Positions 47,885 to 61,082 of a stretch of 64,000 bases of DNA are shown here, piece by piece. Every line of letters begins with the position of its first letter. Position 1 is the stretch's first letter. The stretch covers positions 10,478,001 to 10,542,000 of the forward strand of contig NC_135667.1 of the NCBI RefSeq assembly GCF_964188315.1, read 5' to 3'. The translations under genes were made by a program, and so were the position numbers. Origin of the DNA: Podarcis muralis (Eukaryota). The notes below the pieces were generated by a model, which made no database searches, was not told where the DNA came from, and saw only the letters and a list, made by a program, of their open reading frames with translations.

Positions 47885-48464
47885 CAGTGGTACCTCTGGT
47901 TAAGAACTTAACTCATTCCGGAGGTCCGTTCTTAACCTGAAACTGTTCTTAACCTGAGGTACCACTTTAGCTAATGGGGCCTGCCGCGCTGACGCTGCAC
48001 GCTTTCTGTTCTCATCCTGAAGCAAAGTTCTTAAACCCGAGGTATTACTTCCGGGTTAGGGATGTGGGTAGCGCTGTGGGTTAAACCACAGAGCCTAGGA
48101 CTTGCTGATCAGAAGGTCGGCGGTTCGATCCCCACGACGGGGTGAGCTCCCATTCCTCGTTACCTGCTCCTGCCAACCTAGCAGTCTGAAAGCATGTCAC
48201 TCCGGCGGGAAGGTAAACGGCGTTTCCGTGCGCTGCTCTGGTTCGCCAGAAGCGGCTTAGTCATGCTGGCCACATGACCCGGAAGCTGTACGCTGGCTCC
48301 CTCGGCCAGTAAAGCAAGATGAGCGCCGCAACCCCAGAGTCAGCCACGACTGGACCTAATGGTTATGGGTCCCTTTACCTTTACCTTTTACTACTTTCGG
48401 GTTACCGGAGTCTGTAACCTGAAGAGTTTGTAACCCAAAGCGTTTGTAACCCAAGGTACCACTG
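47885..48464. mobile_element. Tc1/mariner MITE with a nested Sauria SINE (48059-48391)
   Basis: MITE TIRs with TA flanks; SINE TSD TACTT(C/T)CGGGTTA. Confidence 0.85.
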
Positions 48465-49009
48465 TATTCATTTAATAAGATTCATATACTGCTTAGGTTT
48501 TTTTAAAAAATATATATCTCTACACAGTTTACACAGAATAGTATATAATATTCGTTTTTTAAAATGGCAGTAAAAGCAGAAAGACGTAGCAAAATTACGG
48601 AAATGTAAATGCAAAAGATTTTTAAAACAAATGCACTGTACATAATAAAATTACATGCCTGTGTAGGCTTGCCTATTTTTAGCAGACATTAACAGCACCA
48701 ATGAAATGCCTGCCTAATATCCAGGGGCAGGGAGTTCCAGAGAACAGGCACACTAAAGATCGAGCTTTCATTAAGTGAGAAACAGGCACTTGGCAATGTG
48801 GCACTTGTAAATGTGCCCGCCCCATAGAAAGAAAGGCTCTTCCAGACCAGCATATTTTTTTTTTGCAGGTATATCCTTCATCATGTGCTAGCTTTCTGCA
48901 TGCAAGGACTTTCCCCCTATAGAGGACCTGCAGTCTGAAGTGGTATAGACTGGGTGATCAGTAGAGGGTCAGCCAAACTCAAACATTGTTGGATCTCCCA
49001 ACCATACTT

Positions 49010-49958
49010 TGTCTGGGCTTGGGCCAAACAAAAGCAATGGCTAGGCAAAGAATTATAGACACCGAGAGACAACAGGACTACAAAATTGTAGAAATCGAGA
49101 GGTATATAGCTGCACCAGCAGCATATCTCTTTTTTCTTGTATCCAAAAATGCAAGAAGGGCTTTTACACTTGCCAGAAGCTCGGCTCTGCCCTCGCCGGT
49201 CTTGGAAGGATCCTTTTAAAAAGTCCCATATGACCAGAGAATTTGTGCCTGTCCATTGGGGGTTATAGGAAGCCCTGAACACATATTTTTTAGATGTCCC
49301 TTTTATGATGAGGCACGTAGAGAAACCATTGACCCCCTGCTGCTCAGGCTTGCTGACCTCCCGGTAAAGCAAAAATTTGATCTTCTCCTGTTAGGCAAAA
49401 ACCACAAGACGACCCGGATTGTTGCCAGATTCTGCGCACAGATCTGTAGGCGCAGACCGCCCCCCCGATTCAATCTAGTTTGTTAAGAAAATTCCCAAAC
49501 CCGGATCCATGGGCGACTTTGGGCCATTTCTCTAAGGTAGTCTATTTTAAAGTTTTTATGTTTTGTTATGTACTGAAGTTCTCACCCTGGGCCAGCAGGG
49601 GGATACTGTAGATAGTTCAGGTCCACATATGCAAATAAGGAATCGAAAGTGACGTTCAGTGATTGGATAGTTACAGAAAGTTGTTACAGTTACGTTGTAC
49701 TGGAACTCTATATAAGCAGGCTGGCTGAACCCTTCAGTTCAGTTCTGTTCTGGCCTGTGAATAAACAAGAGCTGTTTGAAGAATCGCTGTGTCATCTGAT
49801 ATGTTCACCCACAACTTAACATGTTTATATGCCTATCACGCTTTTAAACTTAAAATCCATTGTTGTATATTGTTTTGAGTGTTTGTTTTGCTTTAGGGAT
49901 TGTAGTTCCCTTTGTGTTTCTCAAGTTGGTCTATGACCATAATAAATTTCATGTTCAT
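49010..49958 (+). mobile_element. RTE-X-like LINE 3' fragment with a 67-bp TSD
   Basis: RAFTLAR...LEG..KVPY.QRIC.C...EHIFFRCPFY; GGTC-tat-GACC hairpin, AATAAA and a (TTCATG) tail; flanks 48943-49009 and 49959-50025 differ by one base. Confidence 0.75.
49564..49821 (+). mobile_element. Solo LTR related to the Gypsy LTR at 3048
   Basis: TGTTATGTA...ACTTAACA; 5-bp TSD TGTTT; 5' and 3' ends similar to 3048-3312. Confidence 0.9.
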
Positions 49959-50362
49959 GTATAGACTGGGTGACCAGTAGAGGGTCAGCCAAACTCAAAC
50001 ATTGTTGGATCTCCCAACCATACTTCATTTCCTTTCAGGCTTTTATTCTGCCTCTGAAAGCCAGTTCCTGGGAATCCCAAGTGGGGAGGAAACTGGGATT
50101 CTCAAGTCCTGCTTGCAGGCTTCCTGGAAGCATCTGCTTGGTTACCTGTGAGAATGGGATATTGAAGAAGATGGGCCTTTGGCCTAATCCACCCACCTTT
50201 GGTTAAAATGATCTAGCTAGTGATCCTCACTGCATCCCCTGTTCTAGACCTGTGCCATGAATGGAGTTAGACTGGATGAGTTTGCATTGTGCAATTATGG
50301 CCAATTGTTGTGTTGTTCTCTGCCCAAATTGACACATGATTCCTCAAAACCTAAGAGGGCTT

Positions 50363-50771
50363 GATCTGCCATTCCCTTACAGTCAGAATCTCCTGTAACT
50401 TCCACTTTTGGGCACTTTTACATTTGGCAGGTAAAGCTGGTCGAATACGCTGAAATGGCAAAATTGACACACAGAATTCGCAATCAGGAGGAGACCAAGT
50501 ACCAAAAAGAATGGAGTAAATTTATGGTTTATATAAGTGAGAACTGTAGAAATATGAAAACGTTGGCAGGATTGAATTAAATCTTATGTCACGGTGTAAT
50601 TTTTAACCAATGAAACTGTGAATTATTGGAATAAGAAAACTTGCGGAAGGGAAGGACGGAAGTCAACGGCTCTATGGAGGATAAAGCAGGATATATGTAA
50701 TAAGACTTGATGTTTTTGTAGGTTGGTGTTGGTGTTCTTAAATCTCAATAAAAAGCATTTGGAAAAAAAAG
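50363..50771 (+). mobile_element. 5'-inverted L1 fragment
   Basis: 13-bp TSD CCTAAGAGGGCTT; the first ~60 bp encode AQKWKLQEILTVREWQI on the minus strand, the rest WQVKLVEYAEMA... on the plus strand. Confidence 0.8.
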
Positions 50772-52182
50772 CCTAAGAGGGCTTATTAAACGACACCAGG
50801 CTTAACTTTGATGTTTCGAAAACTTTGGGGCAACTTGCGTAAGACCTCCCCTGTGACTTAATTGTGAGAACTTCAGCTTGTAATCCTCACTTTGATGCTC
50901 CAATCAGTGTTACACATTCTTGACTATGACAGAATAAGAAGCATATTGAGGGAGGAAAAGCATAAAGGATCTCCAGAGTTGGCAACGAGAGGGGACAAAG
51001 CAACATGCCATGAGTCTTTTTGCTTCCCTTACTTATGGGTTGGGTAGTCCTTCCTTTAACCACAACTCCTTAGGTCTCTCAAGAAACGAAACTTGAATGA
51101 AACTGAAGACTTGGATTCTTTCTATATTTGAATTATGCCAAAGGAAACCCAAAATGTAGAGACCTGATCTGGATCTAAACTTCATGTTGGTTTAGAGGCA
51201 ATTATTCATTTGGCCCAAGACTACACTTTATAGTAGCAATTTTATACAAAGCAAATTCAGCTAGCACTGTCTTAGAAACACAGCCTGGAAGGATCAAAAT
51301 GCGCTTTGAAGAGAGTGTTGAAATTACAAGTTCTTCTCTCTGATTCCCTTAAGCTCATCTGCGTGACCTTCAGAGGCAGTCAAAAGAAACTGTTTTTAAA
51401 TTGAACGTTAGACGCCTGTCCAAAACTAAGAATCACCCTAAGAATCTCCAGCACCTCCAGAAAGAAATGTAAGTGACATTTTATTCATTCAGTTGCAGAA
51501 GGGAGGGTTGGGGGTTCTGTGAGTGGGTGCACAGCATTCCCTGAAAGCACATATAATGCACATTTAAAGTGCATTAATCCCCCCCAAAGAATCCTGGGAA
51601 CTGTAGTTTGTTAAGGATGCTGGGAATTGCAGCTGTGCAAGAGGGAAACTACAGTTTCTAGAATTTGTTGGGGAAGTCCTGTGCTTTCAATGCGCGCTGG
51701 ATGTGCTTTAAATCTATCCTATGGATTTGCCCAGATCTTAAATGAACAAAACTTCTCTGCTGAAATTCTATATGGAAACATACTCGAAATCACACCTGTC
51801 ACTGAGGTCCAAAACTGGGACAAATTAGCCAAGTCCTAGCAGTTGTTAATTTTCAAATGGGTGTCAATGCATTGTTCATCAAGGGAGCCATGTGTATTCT
51901 TCATTTGCACTACCCAAATGCAGAAATGAGATCCAGCATAATGAGAATAACATGTAAGCAAAATAGCACACAAATTTACATATGTTAGGAGAAATTTGCA
52001 CAAAAATGCTGGTGACTTTTCGCAGGGACCTTAATGTAAAGGGAAAAAAATCATGAACCAATCGAGAAATGTGGAGAAATGAATTTAGGACTCAAAAAAT
52101 GGAGAAACTGAGAGAAACTGAAATTGAGCGATTCATCCATCATTAGACTGAATTATTGCCATATTGAGGGGTACACTTCCCT

Positions 52183-52235
52183 CCTTCCTTCCTTCCTTCC
52201 TTCCTTCCTTCCTTCCTTCCTTCCTTCCTTCCTTC
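52183..52235. repeat. (TTCC)n microsatellite
   Basis: Direct reading. Confidence 0.95.
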
Positions 52236-52959
52236 CCCTCTTTTGCTCTTTCTATTCTGTCATTTGCAGTAGTGTCCTTTTTTTTAGGATTGCTAGGGAG
52301 CAACCCTATGCACAAGGAGCTGGTTGGTGTAAATTAAGCCAGCCTAAAGTTACACCAGATCCAAACCCTGTTCAGCAGCTGGGTCCCTGCTGCAAGTCTG
52401 CCTCCACCTAGCAGAGGCGAAACAAGCCTTTAAAACAGTAGTTTACACCAGATTGCCCGGTTACATGATTGAGCAGAATTTTCTTAGGATCCAGCCTAGG
52501 TTCCCCACTCTCTGGTCCCACCACGCTTCACAAAGAACCCCCTTTGGGCACTTACACCAGCATCAATTTAGCCAGTTAAGCCGGGAAATTATGCCAGTGT
52601 ATCTCTGGCTGAACCCAGGTTGGGAATCAGCCAGCTGAGGTGGAGATCCTCTGCATCTTAAGCCACTCATCCCAGCAGATCTCACCATAGGACTGCCCCT
52701 TCGCCTCTGTTATTTGTTTTTATCTGGCCTTCTTAATCATGGTCAAAGTGGATGCTGCTTTTTTTTGTTTCTGAGCCTCCTTGGGCAAGCTATGACTCAA
52801 AAGGTGGCGTATCCATAAATCTATCAATAGAAATAAGTACCATATATCTTTTTCCCTTCCTCATAGTAGAAACATGACAGAGAGGATGGAATTAACCCTC
52901 CTCTCTCCCACTGCCTCAGCCTCAAACTAGATCTGAACTCTGCAGCTGGTTTTTAAAAT

Positions 52960-53664
52960 TATTATTATTTATACTTTTCAGATATATACATTTCACTGAT
53001 TTTACAATCATTTTGACATTTTAAAACATGAGTAGGCAAACTAAGGCCTGGGGGCCGGATCCAGCCCAATCACCTTCTAAATCCAGCCCTCAGATGGTCC
53101 GGGAATCAGCATGTTTTTACATGAGTAGAATGTGTCCTTTTATTTAAAATGCATCACCGGGTTATTTGTGGGGCCTGCCTGGTGTTTTTACATGAGTAGA
53201 ATATGTGCTTTTATTTAAAATGCATCTCTGGGTTATTTGTGGGGCATAAGAATTCATTCATTTTTGGGGGGGTTTTCCAAAATATAGTCCAGCCCCTCAC
53301 AAGGTCTGAGGGACAGTGGACCAGCCCCCTGCTGAAAAAGTTTGCTGACCCATTTTAAAACTTGACTTCCTTCCCTCTCTTTCTGCGGTTCCTTAAATTT
53401 ATTTTTAATGCCTTCTGCATATCCAAATTCACTTAACTTACTCGTTTATTTATCTTCTTTCAATATATACTCTTACGTAACTGCAGGTTATTACAATAAT
53501 CCTGCCAGTGTTTTTATCTATTTACTGTAAATATTCAATAAACCATTTCCATTCTTTTATCAAAAGTTTGTTATCTTGATTTCTTATTCTTCTGGTAAGT
53601 TTCACCATTTCTGCATATTCCGTAAGTTTTTGTATCCATTCTTCCTTTGCTGGGAGTCTGAGTC
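52960..53664 (-). mobile_element. L1 3' fragment interrupted by a hAT MITE (53027-53351)
   Basis: Minus-strand L1 ORF2 end and 3' UTR; MITE of the 22573 family. Confidence 0.7.
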
Positions 53665-53899
53665 TGGTTTTTTAGTTTAAAAGAAAAAAAGGTTCAAGGT
53701 TTCTGAATGCCATGTAACACTAATCACAGGCGAAAGTAGATTTCAACTTCCTTTTCCTTTGAAAAAACAAATCAGGTCCCCTCTCCTCTGCCTGTGTATT
53801 TGGGGTGGCTCTGTCTGTTTCCACCCAAAGAGACTCAGAATTTCAGTTTCTCATCCTCCCTGTTTCTGTCCTGCATCCCTTCTAGCCTCCGCCACAAAG

Positions 53900-54847
53900 A
53901 TGGATGCAGTACCAGAGAATGTCACTACGGTGAAGACATTTGTCCTGTCTGGCTTGACCACTAGCCACAGCACCGAACTGGCGCTCTTCGTTTTCTTCAC
54001 AGCTATCTACTCCCTGATCCTAGTTGGCAATGTTCTCATCGTCGTCACCATCATCTACGACCAGCACCTTCACACGCCCATGTATTTCTTCCTCAGCAAC
54101 CTCTCCTTCATCGACGTCTGCCATTCTTCCGTGGTCATGCCCAAAATGCTCGCCGACTTCCTAGCGGAGACGAAGACCATCTCCTTTGGGGAATGCATAG
54201 CCCAGATGTTCTTCCTCCACCTCTTTGCTTGCACGGAGATCTTCCTCCTCACCATCATGGCCTACGACCGCTACGCCGCCATATGCAATCCCCTCCATTA
54301 CGGCACCATCATGAGCCGCCGGGTCTGCCTCCAGTTGGCTGTGGCCATGTGGCTGGGCGGTTTGCTGCACTCCATAGCCCTGACATTGTTGACGCTCAAT
54401 GTGCCCTACTGCGGCCCCAACAGCATCGACAACTTCTTCTGCGACGTCCCTTTGGTCATCAAACTGGCCTGTGCCAACACTTACGTCTTCGAAATCCTCA
54501 TCGTCTCCAACTCGGGGGTGATCTCGGTGGTCTGCTTTGTTGTTCTGGTGGTCTCCTACGTGGTCATCCTCGTTTCCTTGAGGAACCGCTTCTCTGAAGG
54601 GCGGCGGAAGGCTCTGTCGACTTGTGCTGCTCACCTAACGGTGGTCACCTTATTCCTGGGCCACTGCATCTTCATATACCTCAGACCGGCCAAGAGTTTG
54701 GCTGCGGACAAGGTGTTTTCTATCTTCTTCACGGCGGTCACACCCCTGCTCAACCCCGTCATCTACACCCTGCGGAACGAGGACATGCTGAATGCCCTGA
54801 ACAAGCTGCGAGGCCGACAGGTCAATCTGGAAGGCAAAGGGCATTAG
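53900..54847 (+). CDS. Olfactory receptor, OR4E1/MOR10-like paralog (315 aa)
   Basis: Intact ORF MDAVPENVT...; SVVCFVVLVVSY and LFLGHCIF; acceptor ttctag| upstream. Confidence 0.92.
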   Translation: MDAVPENVTTVKTFVLSGLTTSHSTELALFVFFTAIYSLILVGNVLIVVTIIYDQHLHTPMYFFLSNLSFIDVCHSSVVMPKMLADFLAETKTISFGECIAQMFFLHLFACTEIFLLTIMAYDRYAAICNPLHYGTIMSRRVCLQLAVAMWLGGLLHSIALTLLTLNVPYCGPNSIDNFFCDVPLVIKLACANTYVFEILIVSNSGVISVVCFVVLVVSYVVILVSLRNRFSEGRRKALSTCAAHLTVVTLFLGHCIFIYLRPAKSLAADKVFSIFFTAVTPLLNPVIYTLRNEDMLNALNKLRGRQVNLEGKGH

Positions 54848-56881
54848 GAGGAAGAGGGATGAAATGGTGCATTCATAAAAGCGCAAAGCTGCTTTATTTC
54901 AAACATCATTTGCAAACTAGTAAGAAGGAACAGCTTTTGACTACAATCAGCAAACAATATTTTATATCAAACTCGGGTATACCCCAGAATTCAGCAGTGG
55001 ATTTGAAACCTTGGTTTTACTGGATTTATTTCAGTGCAGGCTCCCTACTGATCTTTGGAACTCCCTGACATCAAGCAGGTCCCTTCACTGTACTCTTTTC
55101 AATGTTTGCTAATATTTCAGGCAAGCCTATCTAGACATGTAGAATGTTGACTTGTTCTTTAATCTGGTTTTTAGCTTGTTGTTGATTTTAATTATTTTTT
55201 ATATGTGTGAAATAGTTATTTTTAAACATTGTTGTTTTTTTAACTGATGATTTCATTATTTTATTCCTTTTGTAAAATGCTTTGAGGAGGTTTCTTAAAA
55301 TCAAGCGGTATATAATTTTCATGAAGTCAATCGATAAAATGCCCTTCAGAGTCTGCGGCCATATCCACACCATATATTCAAAGCAGACTTGCCCCACTTT
55401 AACCCTCGTGGCTTTCCTCAAAGAATCTTGGGAACTGTAGTTTCTTAAGAGTCCTGGGAATGATAGCTCTGTGAGGGGTCTCTCAACCAACTACAGTTCC
55501 CAGGATTCTTTGGGGGGAAGTCGGGGCTGTTAAAGTGGTATAAATATGTTTTTAATCCAAGGTGCGCTTACAATCTGTGCCTGCTCCATGGTGGACTTGT
55601 ATTGGACCTTTATAGATGGAAGGGTGGGACCATAAAATCCAGGGACCTAATGTGGCCCTCCAAACTTCTCTGCCTGGCCCTTGAGTCTCTTCCCAGGCCA
55701 TAATCCCTCTTCAGCCATTCCTCTCTCCTCAGACCATGGCCTTCACCTGTCCTACTTAGCACTATCCTTGAGTGGTTTTGTCTTGCTGGAATTTGTCCTT
55801 GAGGATATCAGAGGATAATGCCTGGTTGGAGACCAGAGAGGGGTGTGAAAGCATCTGTAGGAAGTAGCCCAATGTAGCAAGGTAAAATTCATCATATGCT
55901 GCTTGGCCCATTATCAAACCCTCCAAGTGTCCCGATTTTCCAGGGACAGTCCTGGAATTACAAAAGCCATCCCAGCTTCTGATGTGATCCTGGAATGTCC
56001 CTATTTCATTCCCCCCTGCTGCTGCTGCTGAGCTCAGGGAGCAGAATGACATGGTGCTTGTCCTCAGCTGCTGTGAGGGAGCCTCCTGTTGCCTCTCCAG
56101 GGCTGCCACTGCCAGCCTCCTTTCTCGGACAGCTCATAGCGGTTGCTGGAGAGCAGGTGAGGAGGAGAAGAGACCGCTTCCACCATGGACCATGAGGAAC
56201 CATGAGGAACCGGCTCTGAGGGGCAGGCAGAGGGCATGGCCGTCCTGGGTGGGAAGAAAGGAGGAGTGGAGCACAAGGAGTCTTGATGTTTATTTTTTAA
56301 ATGCTTTGTTAATTGTGCCCTTTCCTAATATTTATTTATTCGTGCCTTGTTTCTCTTTTTGTCAATCTACCGAAGAATAAAATAAAATCGGGGTGAAGGG
56401 GTTTTCTCAGGATGATGGAAGTAGTGGCACTCGCTCTTCTTCTGATAGGAAATGCTCTGCCAGGGCGGGTGGGCAAAAAATGGGGGGTTGAGGAGGGTCA
56501 GAGAAATGTCCCTATTTTCATCTGAGGGATGTTGGAGGGTCCGCATTATGCCTCTGGCTCTTCCCATCACCACTGGAATGTGGCCCTCCGGCACACCAGG
56601 CACATCCAGGTTCAGGTGCATTGTGATGACATCATCACCACAGGCCAGGTCCTGGGGGCTTCAAACCCCGCTTCAGCCTTCATGGCAGGAGTTGAGAAGT
56701 TTCTAAACAAAGGTGGAGGGATGGCTCAAATAATCTTCTTCATGGCATAGAAGATGCCAGTTTCACTCAGGCCTTGGATACCACACTTGCCACTAGAGTT
56801 ACCAGGACTCCTAACGCTCAGATTTTGGAAGGGCTGGCTGCTCAGGGATGGTGCCTATTGCAGTAAAGGCAAATCCTGAAG

Positions 56882-57437
56882 NNNNNNNNNNNNNNNNNNN
56901 NNNNNNNNNNNNNNNNNNNNNNNNNNNNNNNNNNNNNNNNNNNNNNNNNNNNNNNNNNNNNNNNNNNNNNNNNNNNNNNNNNNNNNNNNNNNNNNNNNNN
57001 NNNNNNNNNNNNNNNNNNNNNNNNNNNNNNNNNNNNNNNNNNNNNNNNNNNNNNNNNNNNNNNNNNNNNNNNNNNNNNNNNNNNNNNNNNNNNNNNNNNN
57101 NNNNNNNNNNNNNNNNNNNNNNNNNNNNNNNNNNNNNNNNNNNNNNNNNNNNNNNNNNNNNNNNNNNNNNNNNNNNNNNNNNNNNNNNNNNNNNNNNNNN
57201 NNNNNNNNNNNNNNNNNNNNNNNNNNNNNNNNNNNNNNNNNNNNNNNNNNNNNNNNNNNNNNNNNNNNNNNNNNNNNNNNNNNNNNNNNNNNNNNNNNNN
57301 NNNNNNNNNNNNNNNNNNNNNNNNNNNNNNNNNNNNNNNNNNNNNNNNNNNNNNNNNNNNNNNNNNNNNNNNNNNNNNNNNNNNNNNNNNNNNNNNNNNN
57401 NNNNNNNNNNNNNNNNNNNNNNNNNNNNNNNNNNNNN
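56882..57437. other. Assembly gap (556 N)
   Basis: Run of N. Confidence 1.
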
Positions 57438-58025
57438 CAGGGGAGGCATGTGACTCATTGGTCAAGTAGGTAGCCAATAGGCTGTCCTCCACATATTACT
57501 TGAACATCCCAACTCCACTCTACATAGTTGGTGGTCAGGACTCATGGGGTAGTAATTAGGGTTTGCCAGACAATGTTGTTGACCTTTTTTCTTAGGGGGC
57601 CACACAAAGTTGAGCTTTTTGGGAAGATGTTTGTCTTTGAGCTTTGGGGGTAATTTTGATGCATTCTTCTTAAAAAGTCACCCTAGTTGCCATACGTCCA
57701 GGTTTTTGCCAATTTGGACACCATTTCAACAGTGCGATTTCCGGACGTGTCCAGGAAAACTCCTAGTATGGGAGTCCTAGTAGTAATCCATCAACATCTG
57801 GAGCAACACAAGTGAGCCCCCTTTGCCCTAAGACTATAGCAGTCCTATTTCCACGAGCCTGTGTGGTGCATCCAAGGTAACTAAATGTCTTGGGAGCTGG
57901 AGGTCAAGACTGGGGAACCTGTGGCCCTTCAGATGGCCTGCAACTTTCACCACCACCCCACCTAACCATGGCTTGCTTTGGCTGCAGCTGATGGGAGTTG
58001 GAGTCCCACAACATCTAGAAGCCTA

Positions 58026-58795
58026 TGTTCACTTCAGCCACTTCCGAGCTTGGGAGGAGGTAGGGTTGCGGGCTTCACGCCCACCCCACATGTGCGGGGG
58101 CTGCTCCCAGCCCCCGCGAGACCTAGGGGAATCCTCGGCCGCGTCACCCACCCAGCCATCCAATCGGGTGGCTGGGGTGTGTTGCCTGCCCTATTTGTGT
58201 GGCACGGCCGAGGCTCGCCCTCTTTTTGCCGCACCAGCTGACTCCGTTTCCCACCCTTTCCTCCCTTTAGGCAGGCTCCTTGACATTGCTATGGACGTAT
58301 GTTGGTCGCCGCAAGGGGCCTGGTAGGAATTTTTCCCACTTGGCAATTTTAGCCATTTGGTTTTTCGCCTACCTCGTAGCAACTCGTCACAACTCCCGGT
58401 TTGGCGGCTAGGCAATGGTTAGGGAGGGTTAAGAGTATTGGAAGGGGGGGAGGAAGCACCATCGCCTCCCCCCACAACAAAGGGTAGTCCAATAAAGGAC
58501 TCCGGGGGGGGTGTTGCCCTGTCCAAAGCCTATGGAGGTGTGGGCCTAAGGCACGCCCCCAAGCGGTGACCCCGAGGGAGCTCCTAGTTGACATGCCTCA
58601 GCAGGACTCCCCCTAATGGTGGTTAACCCTTTACGCAATTAGGCTGAAGCCGGCTAGTCGATAGGACCAATGCCTAAGGCCAATACCACTCATTCCAGTA
58701 ATCAAATAAAGTTGTGGCCTAATTCGCCCATTTAACCTTATATTCAGTGTGTCGTGTCTTTATTTCTGCTGGGGGGGGGGGCGGGAACTTGCCAC
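58026..58795. mobile_element. Probable LTR-like repeat (solo LTR or Ngaro/DIRS-type terminal repeat)
   Basis: GC-rich block ending in ATAAAGTTGTGGCC, a GT-rich tract and ...TTGCCACA; ends and TSD not resolved. Confidence 0.4.
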
Positions 58796-61082
58796 ACAAC
58801 CCTTGGTTGATGAAAACCGAAAACCTTAACACCCACTCACTGCTCACTGTCGGTATTGCTAAAGAGTCAAAGGTTGCTTTGGGCTTTGGAACACAATGGA
58901 CCCACAAACGGGGTGAAGGGAAAAGTTGTCCCCAAAGGAAGCTGCAAAGCACTGCCGTTATCTTATGTCCCTTTCTGGTTTTGGTTGCGGTTCCAAGGGG
59001 GTGATTCGGGTGTACACGTTTCTGCACCTATGTGCCATCTCCGGAATGTAACCCCTGCGCAAGACACGATCGTATTGTAAACAAAACATTGAGGCCTCTG
59101 TAATGTGTGCATGTAGCTTATCTTAGAGACAGTGATATGAGGAGACCAGAACTGTCCCTGGTTCCATGTAGATGAGGGATAGGGAACAATTTTCAGACAC
59201 AATTGCCTTCTGGGGGGCCATATGCCAGAGGTGGGCGGAGCCAGGGGCAAAAGTGGGTGGGGCACTGAATATAAATGTTCCCTTGTTTTTCTACATGCCC
59301 CTCTCTATCCAGGCAAACCAGAGGCATCATAGAGTTCAAGAGGACACTCTAGCCAGGTAAAAACCACTCTAGGGACTCAGCTATACAGCTGCAAATATAA
59401 CGTTCTAAGTGCACTTTAAGTGTATTATACAAATGTGACACTAGATGGTGATGGTGGGCTTATGGCAAATTCAATATATTTTTCAAAAAAATTTAGCATT
59501 TTCGCAGCGTTTCTTTGTATGTGTCTAGATTCCACCTAGGAGAGTAAAGTAAGGTCAGTGGTGGGAGTGATCTGGGGAGTTGGGTGTGGCTGAATTGGTG
59601 GAGTGGCCTGCATAGTATCCCAAGGGCCACATACAGTGGTCCAGGGGCCACATTTGTCCCTCCCTCCGCCCTAAGGTTTCCCGTCCCTAGCCTACACTGG
59701 CTGCTAGTGGACTGAGATCTCCTCCAACCCTACCTAGAAATGCCGGGGTTTGAACCCAAGACCTCTTGCGTATACAAAGCATCTGCGCCACCCACTCAAA
59801 CACCAACTCTTTTTCTTTTTCTCACCCTTCCTGTTCAGCTTTCATTAGTACAAAAGGGATATCCCTCTCTCTCACACACACACACGATCCTTGCAATTCT
59901 TTACATCGAGAGATCATTTGGCCCCTGCCTGCGTCATGTCGTCCCACAGCAAGAAAAGAAAAAGGAAGTCTTCTTTGCTCTAATCAACTCCCCCTGGAAC
60001 CTATTAAAAGTTTCTTTGATGAGGAACGGCGGATGATGAAACTTCACCAGCAAGTTTCTAAGGTTTTAATTATACGAAGACAGAAGTTTTCGTGAGGTGG
60101 AAGAGTGATGGGCAAAAGTGCAGGATAAACTTCATAAAAGACTGTGAAGAAGGAGGGAGGGAGAGATCCACTTAAAGTGTTATATTGGGGAAGGAATAAA
60201 CCTTGCAATCTGTGTTTTGTTTTGAATTTAATGTCCCTGCCATCCTAATGAGACCGTCTCAAGTTGTTGAGTCCTAAACAAAGATGCTGTGGAGAGGCTA
60301 GTTTGACCTGGGAAGTTTTACCTCAGTCTTTGGATGGGAAGAGCACCTAGTAAAGACAGGGAGATTCTCTGTGCATGGTCAGAGGCACTCCTTCCATTTG
60401 TTGCCGCTTTTGAAATTGCACATTCATTTGAGGGGGGGAGATTGAACTCTGGCATGACCAAGCTTCAGGGAAAGTCCACTGCTTACCTAGATGGATCAGT
60501 TTAGTATTCGTATTGATATCGTTGCATTTGATATCATGATATCATGTATCATTCGTATTTGATATCATGTTGTTGATGCTAGTCTGCCCTTCACCCTAAC
60601 ATCCCAGTTTACAGGCTGTCATAGAGAAGCAAACATTTGTTTATGGAGTAAACAAACAAACAAATAATATTTCATTTATTATTTATTCATTGCTTGCCTT
60701 TACACCCCACCTTTTCCTCCAAGGAACTCAACGTGGTTTACATGGTTCTTCCCCTCCTCACTTAATCCCCACAAAAACTCTGTGATGTAGGCAAGGCTGA
60801 AAGGTGTTGACTGGGCCACGACATCCAGTGAGTTTCATGGCGCCCTCCCTGTGGTCTCCCAGGGCCTAGTCGGAAGTTCTAACCACTACACCACACTGGT
60901 TCTCTTCTACCATAGGTCCACCTGGCTCAATATTGTCTACTTAAGGGCTCTCTAAGCTATCAGGCAGGGAACCACTCCCAACCCTACCTGGAGGAAAAAC
61001 GGGAAGCTGAGAGAAAGCAAAATTGACAGATTCACCATCTGTACCATCTGCCAATCTTTCCCCGCCTGAGGAGGACAGCCAC

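Noticed and set aside
56811-57492. Long ORFs of X residues in the ORF track
   Set aside because: Artefacts of the 556-N assembly gap.
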